This document shows, piece by piece, positions 1 to 11,019 of a stretch of 64,000 bases of DNA (its first letter is position 1; each line of letters opens with the position of its first letter). Source of the stretch: an endosymbiont of Galathealinum brachiosum. Its GTDB lineage: Bacteria; Pseudomonadota; Gammaproteobacteria; SZUA-229. The DNA lies in NCBI GenBank assembly GCA_003349885.1, contig QFXC01000007.1, forward strand, positions 269,125-333,124, in the 5' to 3' direction. Below the pieces are notes generated by a model, which was not told the DNA's origin, made no database searches, and saw only the letters and a list, made by a program, of their open reading frames with translations. The position numbers were made by a program, and so were the translations under genes.

Positions 1-538
1 CTGCAAATGAATATGTCTCTGCGCTAAAACCACGCCCATCACCTACGCCATGAAATGCAAAGTCATCTAAACCACCGAATGCCCATAATAAATAGTATTC
101 ACCTATAGATAAATCGAAATCATTTATATCACCCGTAGAGAGCAAACGGGATAACTCCATTGTTGTAGTACCACCCACTTCTGTAGATGACTCTATCGTA
201 AAATCCTGAGATGCATCCACTGGTGGACCACTAAAACCATCAAATGCAAAACCATCATAGCCATACGCTCCTCCATCAAAACCACCCAGAAATACATCTG
301 TATTAGCCATTAACTGATCAAAAGAAAAACCAATACCAATCCAGCCGGTACTCGTATTACTTATTTCCATCTGCAATAAATTTCCTGCACAAACATCCCA
401 GCTTATTTCAAAACCAGTACCGCTTGAGAATGAATTAGCATAACCACCTGGTGAACAAGATGCAGAGTATGATGTATTAACTGATAGACTGAGGGGGACG
501 ACACATAAAGCAATCGCTATTTTTCTAGAAATATTCAT
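1..538 (-). CDS. Secreted DOMON-domain protein (5' part only; the C-terminus lies beyond the window start)
   Basis: Reverse-complement translation from ATG at 536-538 gives MNISRKIAIALCVVPLSLS..., a signal peptide. It is followed by a DOMON/DoH-like core (TGWIGIGFS ... LLWAFG). The ORF runs off the window edge. Confidence 0.5.
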   Translation of the reverse strand, partial: MNISRKIAIALCVVPLSLSVNTSYSASCSPGGYANSFSSGTGFEISWDVCAGNLLQMEISNTSTGWIGIGFSFDQLMANTDVFLGGFDGGAYGYDGFAFDGFSGPPVDASQDFTIESSTEVGGTTTMELSRLLSTGDINDFDLSIGEYYLLWAFGGLDDFAFHGVGDGRGFSAETYSFA

Positions 539-952
539 ATTAGATCCTACCTTTTACAGATTTATCATTTTTAAAATTCAAATTTCATAAATGAAATCGA
601 AAGTCACACTTTCAGAGCTCCCGTCCATATCATATAAACGATAACTCTTTGATGTTAGATAGTTTGTATTTACAAACATTTACGCTGTTATTTACAAAAT
701 TAAACTGTAAATAAAATTGAAATAGATCTTGATTATGTACTTAGCTTTAATAACAAAACTTATAATGAGATATTCATGGTACTCCAGCTATAGAGTATTG
801 TAAAACCCTGCATTGACTCGGATCAATAAAGAACCACTAACCTCATAAAACCAATTTATTAATAGCCATTAATATAAATTATTATTAATTTATAAAATTT
901 ACGAGAATTTAACCAGTAATATTTAATAAGCACATGTAATTCTTAACTATAG

Positions 953-1837
953 TTATAAACTGCTTCTCATTTCATCCAGTTCTGCGTGAATCATACCCGG
1001 TGTTTCCAGACTCATTTCACCTATTAGTTTGGCACGAAACTCATTGAGTAATATTTCTGAAACTTTGTGTAAATTCACTACTCCGCCCGCCTGCAGACAA
1101 CCACGTTTTTTAGCAATGGTTTCTAAAACACCCATTGCATCCTCAGGTATATCATCAAGCTTATAACGATTAAGCAATAATGATTTATACGCTGAAGAAA
1201 AATAACCCGCTGCATATAACGCAACATCTTCATATTCCATCGCTGTACTTTTTATTGCACCAGTAATAGCCAGTCTATAACCACTATTAATATTATGAAT
1301 TTTAGGCCACAAAAAACCCGGCGTATCCATTAACTCGATACCATTATCCAGAATGATTTTTTGCTGCCGTTTGGTGATAGCTGGCTCATCCCCCACTTTT
1401 GCAATAAACCGTCCAGCAAGAGTATTTATAACTGTAGATTTACCCACATTAGGAATACCCATAATCAGCACACGTATCGGTTTAACCGATACATTCCTTT
1501 CAGGAAAAAACTGACGGCACATTTTCAATGTCTGTTTTATTTTAGCGGGTTGCTCCTGTGTTACAGCAAGTGCTTTAATATTTCGTGATTCCTGAAAATG
1601 ATCTATCCATAACTGTGTAATACTGGCATCCGCCAGATCAGATTTATTAAGCAATTTGATGCACGGTTTATCACCACGCAGCTCAGCAATCAACGGATTT
1701 TCAGAGCTATAAGGAATACGTGCGTCCAGTACTTCTATAATTAGATCAATTTTAGGCATGACCTTTTTGATCTCTTTACGCGCCTTGTGCATGTGCCCCG
1801 GGAACCACTGAATTGCCATAAAACTATCCATTAACAT
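953..1837 (-). CDS. rbgA: Ribosome biogenesis GTPase A (RbgA/YlqF, circularly permuted GTPase)
   Basis: Carries MAIQWFPGHMHKARKE near the N-terminus. G-motifs are in permuted order (NKSDL before GIPNVGKSTVINTL before DTPG). The true start may be the internal Met at 1819. Confidence 0.85.
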   Translation of the reverse strand: MLMDSFMAIQWFPGHMHKARKEIKKVMPKIDLIIEVLDARIPYSSENPLIAELRGDKPCIKLLNKSDLADASITQLWIDHFQESRNIKALAVTQEQPAKIKQTLKMCRQFFPERNVSVKPIRVLIMGIPNVGKSTVINTLAGRFIAKVGDEPAITKRQQKIILDNGIELMDTPGFLWPKIHNINSGYRLAITGAIKSTAMEYEDVALYAAGYFSSAYKSLLLNRYKLDDIPEDAMGVLETIAKKRGCLQAGGVVNLHKVSEILLNEFRAKLIGEMSLETPGMIHAELDEMRSSL

Positions 1838-1924
1838 TTGATTAGCCGCATTTTAACCCAAAACAGCATCAAACTAGGCTAAAATTCATCTTAATTATTA
1901 ATAACTCTCACCCACTGGAAACCT

Positions 1925-3328
1925 ATGTCAAACCAGTACGATCTGTTAATTATTGGTGCCGGTGTTTCCGGTAGTGCACTGCTTTATCTCACCACCAAAT
2001 ATACAAATATTCAACATATCGGAGTTATTGAAAAATATTCAGCACCTGCTCGTGTCAACTCGTTATCCAGCAATAACAGCCAGACGTTGCACTGTGGCGA
2101 CATCGAAACAAATTATAGTCTGGATAAAGCACTGAAAGTTCAACGCGCAGCCAGCATGTTACGCAATTATGCTGTGGCGCAGCCAGATGCTCATCACATC
2201 ATATTTAAATACTCAAAAATGGTACTTGGTGTAGGCAAAAAAGAATGTGATCTTTTAAAACAACGATTCAAGCTCTTCAGCCCACACTACCCTTATTTAA
2301 AGCTTCTTGATAAAAAAGCCATAGCCCGCATCGAGCCCAATGTGGCGATGAATAATCACAAATTTCGAGAAGATGAAATAATTGCTCTGGGTTCAACCGA
2401 TGAATATACCGCTGTCAATTTCGAAGCCCTGTCCCGCTCTTTTGTCAGACAGGCAGAAATTATCGCAAATGAGCACCCTGAGAAATCCATCGACCTTCAT
2501 TACAATGAATATGTAGATCATATTAAAATCGATAAACACGGTTTTATTGTTGAAACAAACGGTGTCTGTTATCGAACTAAATCTCTTGTTGTCTGCGCCG
2601 GTGGCCACAGCCTTAAGCTGGCTCATGATATGGGTTATGGACACCACTATTCAGTACTCCCAATTGCCGGTAGTTATTATTTCACCCCACACGTTTTAAA
2701 TGGCAAGGTTTATACCGTTCAAAACGATGCACTGCCTTTTGCAGCAATTCATGGTGACCCTGACGTTCTCGTACCGGGTGCAACTCGATTTGGCCCAACA
2801 GCACTAGTCCTGCCAATACTTGAGCGGTATAACTTAAAAACCCTGCCAGATTTTCTTCAGGTTTTTCGGTTCGACAGTCGTGTAGCTAAAGTGCTATGGG
2901 ATTTATTAAAAGTAAGCGACATTAGAAACTATATGTTTAAAAATATGCTTTTTGAAATTCCTTTTATACGAAAAGTTCTTTTCTTAAAAGATGTTCGAAA
3001 AATAATCCCTTCATTAAATTTAAGAGATTTAAAGTTCGCTAATAAAGTTGGCGGTATTCGGCCTCAGTTAATAGATAAAGATCGTTGCGAATTATTAATG
3101 GGTGAAGCAAAAATAGATTCCGGTATCGGGGGAATTTTCAATATGACACCTTCACCCGGTGGCACATCCTGCATCGAAAATGCCGAAATTGATATGCGTA
3201 CCATTGTAAAACATCTTGGCGCCACAATTGATGAAGATGCACTTCAAAAAGACCTGCTTGTTGATGATGTTAAACATAATGCAGATGATTTTGCCGGGGT
3301 AGTAATTAGCGGTGATAATGCAAATTAA
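1925..3328 (+). CDS. FAD-dependent oxidoreductase, malate:quinone oxidoreductase (Mqo)-like
   Basis: N-terminal Rossmann FAD motif DLLIIGAGVSGSA. Length is 467 aa. The internal stretch NNSQTLHCGDIETNY loosely resembles the Mqo family, but the call is tentative. Confidence 0.45.
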   Translation: MSNQYDLLIIGAGVSGSALLYLTTKYTNIQHIGVIEKYSAPARVNSLSSNNSQTLHCGDIETNYSLDKALKVQRAASMLRNYAVAQPDAHHIIFKYSKMVLGVGKKECDLLKQRFKLFSPHYPYLKLLDKKAIARIEPNVAMNNHKFREDEIIALGSTDEYTAVNFEALSRSFVRQAEIIANEHPEKSIDLHYNEYVDHIKIDKHGFIVETNGVCYRTKSLVVCAGGHSLKLAHDMGYGHHYSVLPIAGSYYFTPHVLNGKVYTVQNDALPFAAIHGDPDVLVPGATRFGPTALVLPILERYNLKTLPDFLQVFRFDSRVAKVLWDLLKVSDIRNYMFKNMLFEIPFIRKVLFLKDVRKIIPSLNLRDLKFANKVGGIRPQLIDKDRCELLMGEAKIDSGIGGIFNMTPSPGGTSCIENAEIDMRTIVKHLGATIDEDALQKDLLVDDVKHNADDFAGVVISGDNAN

Positions 3329-3469
3329 CACTTCATATGTAGCAACCCACAGACATTAGAATATCGCCAACATCTTATAAATCATGTAATTGATGTGAAG
3401 CAATAACAAAAACAGCAGCCTTAACTAGGCTCTTAATTAAGAATATTTTTCTCTTAACTTTACGAAGAA

Positions 3470-3889
3470 ATGGAGCAAAAAATGACACTTAAAGAAGAGC
3501 TTCTTCAGGAAAATCAGGGTATATCCAATACCATTGAAATACTCGCACACTTACTTAATCATAATGAATTACGTAAAAATCCCGTTTTTTGCAACTTATT
3601 AAAAGATTTCTCAAGCTCTGTTAATGAGCACTTAAATCATGAAGGACGAACCGCAATTAAAGAGCTATTACCACAAAATGATAATGGTGCTCACGAAGTG
3701 GCTGTGCAGTTTATAAATAACACCAACCAGTTAACAGGCATTATGAAGTCATATGCCAAGCACTGGTGTAATGTGCCTCATGATTTTTCAAGTAATGAAG
3801 CCTTTGTGGAAGAGACAAAAAACATTTTTCATCTAGTGACGAAACGTATAAATCTGGAAGAGGATAAACTGTTTCCGTATATAAATTAA
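3470..3889 (+). CDS. Hemerythrin-like (HHE cation-binding domain) protein
   Basis: Spaced His/Glu residues and a C-terminal H..EE..LFP signature (HLVTKRINLEEDKLFP). The likelier start is ATG 3482, which is preceded by GGAG. Confidence 0.4.
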   Translation: MEQKMTLKEELLQENQGISNTIEILAHLLNHNELRKNPVFCNLLKDFSSSVNEHLNHEGRTAIKELLPQNDNGAHEVAVQFINNTNQLTGIMKSYAKHWCNVPHDFSSNEAFVEETKNIFHLVTKRINLEEDKLFPYIN

Positions 3890-4029
3890 TAATTTTATAA
3901 AATACATTATTAACGAACTATATTATTACATTCTCTGTCTGGAATCAGTTTTTACCTTTAGGATTTTCTGTGCATAACCGGCAGAGACAAGAATAAACTT
4001 ATCTTTTTAGGAGTAGATAATATTTTATT

Positions 4030-5160
4030 TCAGGTATCATCAATAATACTTTTAATATAATTTTTTACCGGGAGATCAACATCCAGTTTTAATAAATCTA
4101 ACATATCAGTCAGTAAAGACTTAATTGCCTTTTCCGGCTGTTCTATTAACGCATTTTCTTTTGCCACCTCAATCAACTCCTCTAACTGAGACAATACATT
4201 GATTGCAGGTGCGGGACTAAACCCTCCACCAGAACGTGATGCTACTGAATCATCAATCAATTCTGTTCGTTGATAAGTCTGCATTACTTCAACATAAGTA
4301 CTTTGCTGAAAATCTAAAGCAAAACTTTTCAATTCTTTATTATCAATACCCAGTTCCATTGCTGAATTAAATGCGGCCTGCACATCACCATTAAAAAACT
4401 GATTTGCTAAATCACCTACATTATTCAACAGTTCATTAATTGCCTGCTTCTCACCTTCATCAATATTACCCTGCACGCTAAACTGAAAAGAAGCTGATGA
4501 AATATTTGAATACTCAAATGAGGCTGATTCACCCTGTTGATTACTGCTATATTGCTGACTTGAAGCCGACTCAATAAACGCAGAATAACTCACTTCCACT
4601 TTATCACCATCCTGAGTAACTATTTCAATAGTAGCCTGACTACTCTGTTTGAACTGACTTGTTAAAGAGCCACTTTCTGAAATTATCCGGCCTATCTGTT
4701 GTTGTCGTGGAGTATCAATCGTTGTACTTCCAATACTCTCCAAACCCTTAAAAACCAGTGATTCTGTTTCATCAATCTGTGCAGCAATTTCATCTGTCAT
4801 CTGAGGCATAGCACTTAGTATCTCTCTAGCCTCTTCAAATCCCTGACTTATACCCTCTTTCGCCTGTTGCAACATACTCTGCGCTTCAAGCTCACTACCA
4901 GCCCTTTGATTAATTGCCGTTTCTACAAAACCCAGAATACGATCTGCAACGGCCTTGGGGGTAAAGTCAGCAGTATTTACCTGATTCACCGGTGCAAACC
5001 CGGAGAGTTTTTTATTAAGCTGGTTTTCCAGTAATTCAACTGGCGATTTAGATGGTGCTGAATGTTGAGAATAACCTTGTTTAAATTCAGGTTTATTTAA
5101 GGCGTGCAAATCTAACCCATTACCCGAACCGAATCCAGTGCCGTTAAATAGAGTATTCAT
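4030..5160 (-). CDS. Acidic, Gln/Ser-rich hypothetical protein
   Basis: 376-aa ORF that is divergent from the CbbQ/CbbO pair. It has no recognisable catalytic motif. Confidence 0.5.
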   Translation of the reverse strand: MNTLFNGTGFGSGNGLDLHALNKPEFKQGYSQHSAPSKSPVELLENQLNKKLSGFAPVNQVNTADFTPKAVADRILGFVETAINQRAGSELEAQSMLQQAKEGISQGFEEAREILSAMPQMTDEIAAQIDETESLVFKGLESIGSTTIDTPRQQQIGRIISESGSLTSQFKQSSQATIEIVTQDGDKVEVSYSAFIESASSQQYSSNQQGESASFEYSNISSASFQFSVQGNIDEGEKQAINELLNNVGDLANQFFNGDVQAAFNSAMELGIDNKELKSFALDFQQSTYVEVMQTYQRTELIDDSVASRSGGGFSPAPAINVLSQLEELIEVAKENALIEQPEKAIKSLLTDMLDLLKLDVDLPVKNYIKSIIDDT

Positions 5161-5380
5161 GATGACGTCCTTCTGATCTATTATTTTGGTAAATAACGAT
5201 TTCAGACATTGCAGTAAATAAGAGAGATAATTGTCATTTTAATTGCTTTCTAATTATCTATATCGGCTTACTATTGTATTTCTTAAGCACCACCTGTAAA
5301 TTCATGACGAATAGAAAAAATAACCAGTTTTCAAACAGTAACCAGCTAAAATTTCTGCCTGTTTGCCCCCGGAGCCATTA

Positions 5381-6199
5381 ATGAACGACATTGCCAAATC
5401 CCTCAAGCCAGAAGAATGCTTTATTACAGACGAGCCTTACTATGAAGCGGTAGGGTCAGAAATAGATATATTCCTGGCCGCATACAAGCAAAAAATACCT
5501 ATATTGCTTAAGGGACCGACAGGTTGTGGCAAAACCCGTTTTATGGAGCATATGGCCTGGCGCTTAAAAAAAGCCCTGATTACCGTGTCCTGTCATGATG
5601 ATTTAACCGCATCAGATCTGGTGGGGCGTTTTCTGATATCCGGTGGTGAAACAAAATGGATAGATGGCCCATTGGCACGCTCAGTCAGAAACGGTGCCAT
5701 CTGTTATTTAGATGAAATTGTTGAAGCCCGTAAGGACACGACTGTAGTTATTCACCCTCTGGCAGATGATCGCCGTGTATTGCCCATGGAAAAAGTAGGT
5801 GAAGTGCTTGAAGCAACAGATGATTTTTGTCTGGCAATTTCATATAACCCGGGATACCAGAGCGTACTAAAAGATTTAAAACAAAGCACACGCCAGCGAT
5901 TTGTAGCACTTGAGTTTGATTATCCGTCTGCCGAACTGGAAACCCGAATCATCAAAACGGAAGCTGACATTGATCAATCATTAGCTGAGCGTCTGGTTAA
6001 ATTTGCCCATATGACACGAAACCTCAAAGGCAGTGGTCTTGAAGAAGGAGCAAGTACGCGTTTACTGGTACATGCTGCTAAATTAATATCTGCCGGAATC
6101 TCTCCAGTTGATGCCTGCCATACATCTATTTCTCAGGCACTGACAGATGACCCAGAAATGCTTGCCGCAATTAATGAACTCAGTTCCTCACTGTTTTAA
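5381..6199 (+). CDS. CbbQ/NirQ/NorQ-family AAA+ (MoxR-class) ATPase
   Basis: Walker A motif GPTGCGKT, Walker B motif CYLDE, and a length of about 270 aa. The ORF track starts at a TTG (5363). ATG 5381 is preceded by GGAG and is preferred. Confidence 0.8.
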   Translation: MNDIAKSLKPEECFITDEPYYEAVGSEIDIFLAAYKQKIPILLKGPTGCGKTRFMEHMAWRLKKALITVSCHDDLTASDLVGRFLISGGETKWIDGPLARSVRNGAICYLDEIVEARKDTTVVIHPLADDRRVLPMEKVGEVLEATDDFCLAISYNPGYQSVLKDLKQSTRQRFVALEFDYPSAELETRIIKTEADIDQSLAERLVKFAHMTRNLKGSGLEEGASTRLLVHAAKLISAGISPVDACHTSISQALTDDPEMLAAINELSSSLF

Positions 6200-6208
6200 A
6201 ATAATACA

Positions 6209-8329
6209 ATGAGTTTACCCCCCTTTACATTTGCAGAAATCGAAGAGCGTTTCGATGATATGTTTGTTGAAGCAAATGAGTCAGTTATACAACACCTGAC
6301 CCAGTTTGATATTCAAACACAGGATGCTTTGCTGGTGATTGTTGAAAAAGCCGCCAGCACAAATAGCGGTCTTGCATTCCAGTTTTCCAATCGTCTGCAA
6401 CGTGCAATTGAATTAATGGAAGTTGACACCATTGAGATGTGGCTCGATCAGGCCATTGATGTATTTGACAGCAAAGGCCTTTACGGTGCAATAGAGAAAC
6501 TGGACGAACTGGAATCAGTAGCCAATCATGCAAAACAGAAACTCACTGGCATTGCCTTTGATGAAGTTTGCAATATGCTTGAGCATTTTGTTGTCGGCCT
6601 AAATGGTCGAAAACTTAAAATTGAAAGTGATAAAAAAACCTATACCGATACAGAAACCATTTTCCTCCCTGGCATGGTAAATCGTTTTTCCGAAAAAAAT
6701 GACAACTTTCAGTTATATAAATGCACTGTGGTTTTTTTATGGGCTCAAAACTGGTTTGGTACCTGGCACAATAATCTAACAGAAACACTGTCACAACATG
6801 ATGACCCGGCGCTTGCACTGCAATGGTTTCATGTAATGGAAATGATTCGCCTTGATCAAAAAATAAAACACGAATTACCTGGTATACACCGACAAATGCA
6901 ACGTTTATGTGAACTGGCTGGCCACACCAGAGTCTGCGATATAGAGATTACAGGTTTAGAGAAAAAAAACCTGGAAAAAACCATCACTCTTCAAAGCAGC
7001 GTTAAGGATGTACTTAAATTATTACCTCAGGTTGTTCATCAACAGGCTCCCGGGTTAAATTTTTATGCAGGCTGTTTACAGACTGAGCAGGTTGAACTCA
7101 GACGTGAAATACGTTTAATAAAAGAAAAGGACTTATTTCGTCAGGCTATAGCACATGTACTAGAAGAGAAAAAAGATAAAAAAGCCAGTGAATTCACCGA
7201 AGAAGAAAGACGTGAAATCAGTGCACATGAAATCCCTGACCCTGATATGCCTGAAGGTTTTAAGTATCGGTTAGAGCTTGATGGTCAGTCAATTGAACCG
7301 CCTGACGGTGTTGAAAGCTTAATGAGTTCTATAATTCAGGATCTAGGAGAAATTCCTGATGAATATCTGGTCGCCGCAGGAGATGGTAACTACAAAGTAA
7401 TAGCGGAAGCTGAAAAATCAGAAGATGAAAATGTCTGGGCAGGAACCTATCATGAAGAAGGCGCATATTTACATAAAGAATGGGATTACCGCAGACAAAG
7501 ATATAAGAAAAACTGGTGTGCACTGCGTGAAGTTAAGCTCACATCGGGTAACACTCGTTTTGTAAAAGATACTGTTAATAAATACGCCGGTTTAATAAAA
7601 AATTTACGCCGTACTTTTGAAATATTACGCGGTGAAGATAAAACATTAAAAAAACAGCCTTATGGTGATGATATTGATATTGATGCACTCGTTGAGGCCT
7701 GGGCAGATATGGCCAGCGGACTTGAAATGTCACAAAACACCTTCACCAAAATGCATAAAGAAGAACGTAATATCGCCGTAATATTTATGGTCGATATGAG
7801 TGGTTCAACCAAAGGATGGATAAATGATGCAGAACGTGAATCACTGGTTCTGTTAAGTGAAGCCCTTGAAACACTGGGTGATCGTTATGCTATTTACGGT
7901 TTTACTGGAAACACACGTAAACGCTGCGAAGTTTATCCGGTCAAAACATTTGAGGATGAGTATGATGATGAAACTAAAGGCCGAATAGGCAATATAAAAC
8001 CTCAGGACTATACTCGTCTCGGGGTATTTATTCGTCACTTCAATCAGATGTTTGAAACAGTTGAAGCTAAAACTAAAATCCTGATTACCTTATCCGATGG
8101 CAAACCGGAAGACTATGATGGTTATCGCGGTGAGTATGGTATTGAAGATACCCGAATGGCTCTGCTTGAATCACGACAACAAGGCGTTCACCCCTTTTGC
8201 ATCACTATCGACAAAGAGGGTCGGGATTATTTAAAAACCATGTATGGCAGTGCCAGTTATGTGGTACTTGATGACGTAAAACAGCTGCCCCTCAAAGTGG
8301 CTGATATTTATCGCAATATAACCAGCTGA
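6209..8329 (+). CDS. CbbO/NorD-like protein with C-terminal von Willebrand factor A domain
   Basis: 706 aa, with a 10-bp gap after the AAA+ gene. The C-terminal vWA MIDAS motif is VIFMVDMSGST. This is the standard Q/O (NorQ/NorD) pairing. Confidence 0.75.
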   Translation: MSLPPFTFAEIEERFDDMFVEANESVIQHLTQFDIQTQDALLVIVEKAASTNSGLAFQFSNRLQRAIELMEVDTIEMWLDQAIDVFDSKGLYGAIEKLDELESVANHAKQKLTGIAFDEVCNMLEHFVVGLNGRKLKIESDKKTYTDTETIFLPGMVNRFSEKNDNFQLYKCTVVFLWAQNWFGTWHNNLTETLSQHDDPALALQWFHVMEMIRLDQKIKHELPGIHRQMQRLCELAGHTRVCDIEITGLEKKNLEKTITLQSSVKDVLKLLPQVVHQQAPGLNFYAGCLQTEQVELRREIRLIKEKDLFRQAIAHVLEEKKDKKASEFTEEERREISAHEIPDPDMPEGFKYRLELDGQSIEPPDGVESLMSSIIQDLGEIPDEYLVAAGDGNYKVIAEAEKSEDENVWAGTYHEEGAYLHKEWDYRRQRYKKNWCALREVKLTSGNTRFVKDTVNKYAGLIKNLRRTFEILRGEDKTLKKQPYGDDIDIDALVEAWADMASGLEMSQNTFTKMHKEERNIAVIFMVDMSGSTKGWINDAERESLVLLSEALETLGDRYAIYGFTGNTRKRCEVYPVKTFEDEYDDETKGRIGNIKPQDYTRLGVFIRHFNQMFETVEAKTKILITLSDGKPEDYDGYRGEYGIEDTRMALLESRQQGVHPFCITIDKEGRDYLKTMYGSASYVVLDDVKQLPLKVADIYRNITS

Positions 8330-8440
8330 TAAATCAATTAAAATAGTCTATATATTAGTAATAAACAAATCTTGAAATAAATTTATAAGCTTTTGTTTTT
8401 AAATGAAAAAAAGACAAGAGTTTATTTTCGAGGCTAGATT

Positions 8441-10468
8441 ATGAAAATATTCAGCAAGCTTTCTCTTCGCAAACAGATATGGGCTGGTTTTATAAGCATA
8501 ATGCTGCTCATTTTACTCGTTTCATCAATCTCATATTTTAGACTCTTGCAGGTACAAAATCAGGCTACAGGTATTGCTGACTACGCACAACCGGCCATGT
8601 TATCCGCTCTAACGCTTAAAGAACATATTCAGTCCACCACCAGTCTTATGGGGCTTTATATAATAAATAAAACACCTGAATATTCTGAAAAATTTACTCA
8701 TGCTTTGAATACATTAGTAATCTCTCTAAAAAAATACAATGACTTACCTGCAGTTCAACAAGATGTAAATATGCAGAATGAGTCTCTTAAGCTTGAGAAA
8801 TTAATTAACCAGTTTATTAAACATCAGGAAAAGATTAATTTTCTTAATAAAAACTTTATTGAAAATTACCCTGCAATGAAAATAGCTAATTCTGAAATAA
8901 ACCCAAGGTATCAGGAAACACTACAGATATTTTCAGAAATGATTGAGTCAGAATTTGATGAAGATGCAACGAATGAACGTCGAGAACATCTTCAACAGAT
9001 AAATAATTTAAGACAGAACTGGATGAGTATTGTCGCATTATTACGAACATTTCTCGCCAATCCAAATCTTGAACGCACAAATCAGCTAACAATCTATATT
9101 GATCAGAATAAAAACATGATGGATGCGCTTAATAAAAACTCTGACTTATTCACCTTTGAACAGGAAGAAGGCATACCAAGACTAAATTTAATATCAGATG
9201 AATACTTCAAATACATAAATGTTATTTTTAATATTTTAAAAAACAATAAATGGCGAGAAGACGTGAGTTTAATTAAAAATGAAATAACTCCGTTAATGAA
9301 TGATATAAGCATTCAAATAGATTCCATGATTGATTATCAAAAATATCAGGTTGAATCTGGAAACAATGAACTTATTTCAAAAACTAAAAACACGTTAAGT
9401 TTAATTTCTATTGTATTAATAATTTCACTATTAACTGGTTTTATCACTGCGAAAATAACTTGTAAACAAATCAATACAGTCGTTCTGGAAATCAACAGTA
9501 TCTTAAAAAACATCCTGAGTGGAGATTTCTCATTACGCATGAATGAAAATCGAGCAGGTGACATTGGTCGTCTGGGGAAAACAGTAAATCAATTCAGCAA
9601 AAGTTTGAAATCAATTATCGATGAAATTAGATCTTCCGTGTCAGAATTACACGGCACTTCTAACAACCTGATTTCTGTCACTCAGGTAACAACAGAAAAT
9701 ATACAACAACAAAACAAGGAAACTGAACTCGTCTCAACTGCAGCAGAAGAAATGTCTTTAACATCAGAAGAAGTTGCTAAAAACACATCCGCAGCTTCTG
9801 AATCTGCAAAACATGCAGACATTGATACTCAAACCGGATCTGATAAATCTAATGCAGCACTAAATGGAATGAAGCATTTAATACAGAATCTTGATAATTC
9901 AGCAAAAGTTATTCATTCTCTGCAGGTAGATACTAATAACATTAGTATGGTACTGGATGTTATCCGTGACATTTCAGATCAGACCAATTTATTAGCCCTT
10001 AATGCGGCAATCGAAGCGGCTAGAGCTGGAGAGCAAGGCAGAGGTTTTGCTGTTGTAGCTGATGAAGTACGCACCCTGGCCAGCCGAACACAGGACTCGA
10101 CAGACCAGATTAAGGAGTTAATAGATAAATTACAACATGGCGCTGATAATGCGGTTACAGTTATGGCTTCATCTATAGACGAAGCAAACAACAATAGCGC
10201 CCAGGTGGAAGAAGTTGCAAACTCACTTAACAAGATTAAAGAAGAAATAAATAACATCAATAATGTTTTAGGGCAGGTAGCTACCGCGAGCGCACAGCAA
10301 AGCAGCACCTCCCATGAGATAGCTAATAATATCGCCTCTATCAGCACTATTGCAGAAAAAACCTCACTTAGCACAGAGTCCCTTCACACTGCAGAATCAG
10401 ATCTGGACAAAGTAACAGACAGGCTAGATAACGTTATATCAGTATTTAGAACTCAATTAACAGGTTGA
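8441..10468 (+). CDS. Methyl-accepting chemotaxis protein
   Basis: N-terminal TM plus ligand-binding region, a HAMP domain, and the highly conserved MCP signalling motif [31 protein letters not shown]. Confidence 0.9.
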   Translation: MKIFSKLSLRKQIWAGFISIMLLILLVSSISYFRLLQVQNQATGIADYAQPAMLSALTLKEHIQSTTSLMGLYIINKTPEYSEKFTHALNTLVISLKKYNDLPAVQQDVNMQNESLKLEKLINQFIKHQEKINFLNKNFIENYPAMKIANSEINPRYQETLQIFSEMIESEFDEDATNERREHLQQINNLRQNWMSIVALLRTFLANPNLERTNQLTIYIDQNKNMMDALNKNSDLFTFEQEEGIPRLNLISDEYFKYINVIFNILKNNKWREDVSLIKNEITPLMNDISIQIDSMIDYQKYQVESGNNELISKTKNTLSLISIVLIISLLTGFITAKITCKQINTVVLEINSILKNILSGDFSLRMNENRAGDIGRLGKTVNQFSKSLKSIIDEIRSSVSELHGTSNNLISVTQVTTENIQQQNKETELVSTAAEEMSLTSEEVAKNTSAASESAKHADIDTQTGSDKSNAALNGMKHLIQNLDNSAKVIHSLQVDTNNISMVLDVIRDISDQTNLLALNAAIEAARAGEQGRGFAVVADEVRTLASRTQDSTDQIKELIDKLQHGADNAVTVMASSIDEANNNSAQVEEVANSLNKIKEEINNINNVLGQVATASAQQSSTSHEIANNIASISTIAEKTSLSTESLHTAESDLDKVTDRLDNVISVFRTQLTG

Positions 10469-10476
10469 TATTTATT

Positions 10477-10505
10477 GTATTGATATATATCAATACGGTT
10501 TTTTC
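10477..10505 (+). terminator. Rho-independent terminator of the MCP gene
   Basis: Perfect 10-bp palindrome gtattgatat/atatcaatac followed by a T-run (ggttttttc). Confidence 0.7.
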
Positions 10506-10601
10506 AGTACATTAATATATTAGACCTTACAAATTTAACTACTATTCTGGAAGTTGACACTCAACATTCCGGTTTATTCTCACGGAGTGTTACTAAAGAT
10601 G

Positions 10602-10832
10602 TCTGATACTATTCTACAAAAATTTAAACGTATATTTAGAATTAATATGTTAATTGGCCTGGTTATTACCGTTGCCGCTATATATATGATTATTACGGGC
10701 ACTTACGATGGTATTGAGACAAGACGTTCAACTGAAGCAATACTGGGCTGGACAGCAATAGCAGGCGTTTTATACACGGTGAGTTTCTGGTTTGCATGCA
10801 TGTTTAGAAAGCAGTTCTTCCAGAAAGGCTAA
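10602..10832 (+). CDS. Small two-TM membrane protein (hypothetical)
   Basis: The ORF track begins at a TTG (10554). The first ATG is 10602 (MSDTILQKF...). It has two hydrophobic helices. Confidence 0.35.
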   Translation, partial: SDTILQKFKRIFRINMLIGLVITVAAIYMIITGTYDGIETRRSTEAILGWTAIAGVLYTVSFWFACMFRKQFFQKG

Positions 10833-10846
10833 TTTAATACAACTCA

Positions 10847-10884
10847 ATCCGGCTGGATTAATTACACAGTTAATCCAGCCGGAT
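10847..10884. repeat. Perfect 15-bp inverted repeat (stable hairpin) with no U-tract
   Basis: atccggctggattaa - ttacacag - ttaatccagccggat, immediately downstream of the small membrane-protein gene. Confidence 0.5.
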
Positions 10885-11019
10885 ATCATAATATATCTAC
10901 CACATACTTACTGATATCTATTAATATCCACCCTACTTAAGTCAAATAACAATATCATTTGACACATCAATTTTATCAATTCAAACTCAGCTCTACTCCA
11001 TTAAAAAAATATAATAATC

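Noticed and set aside
9979-10374. Antisense ORFs nested inside large genes. Examples are 9979-10374 within the MCP gene, 27258-27641 within the RND permease gene, and 56969-57283 within the cytochrome gene.
   Set aside because: They are fully embedded on the opposite strand of confidently assigned genes. They are typical shadow ORFs.
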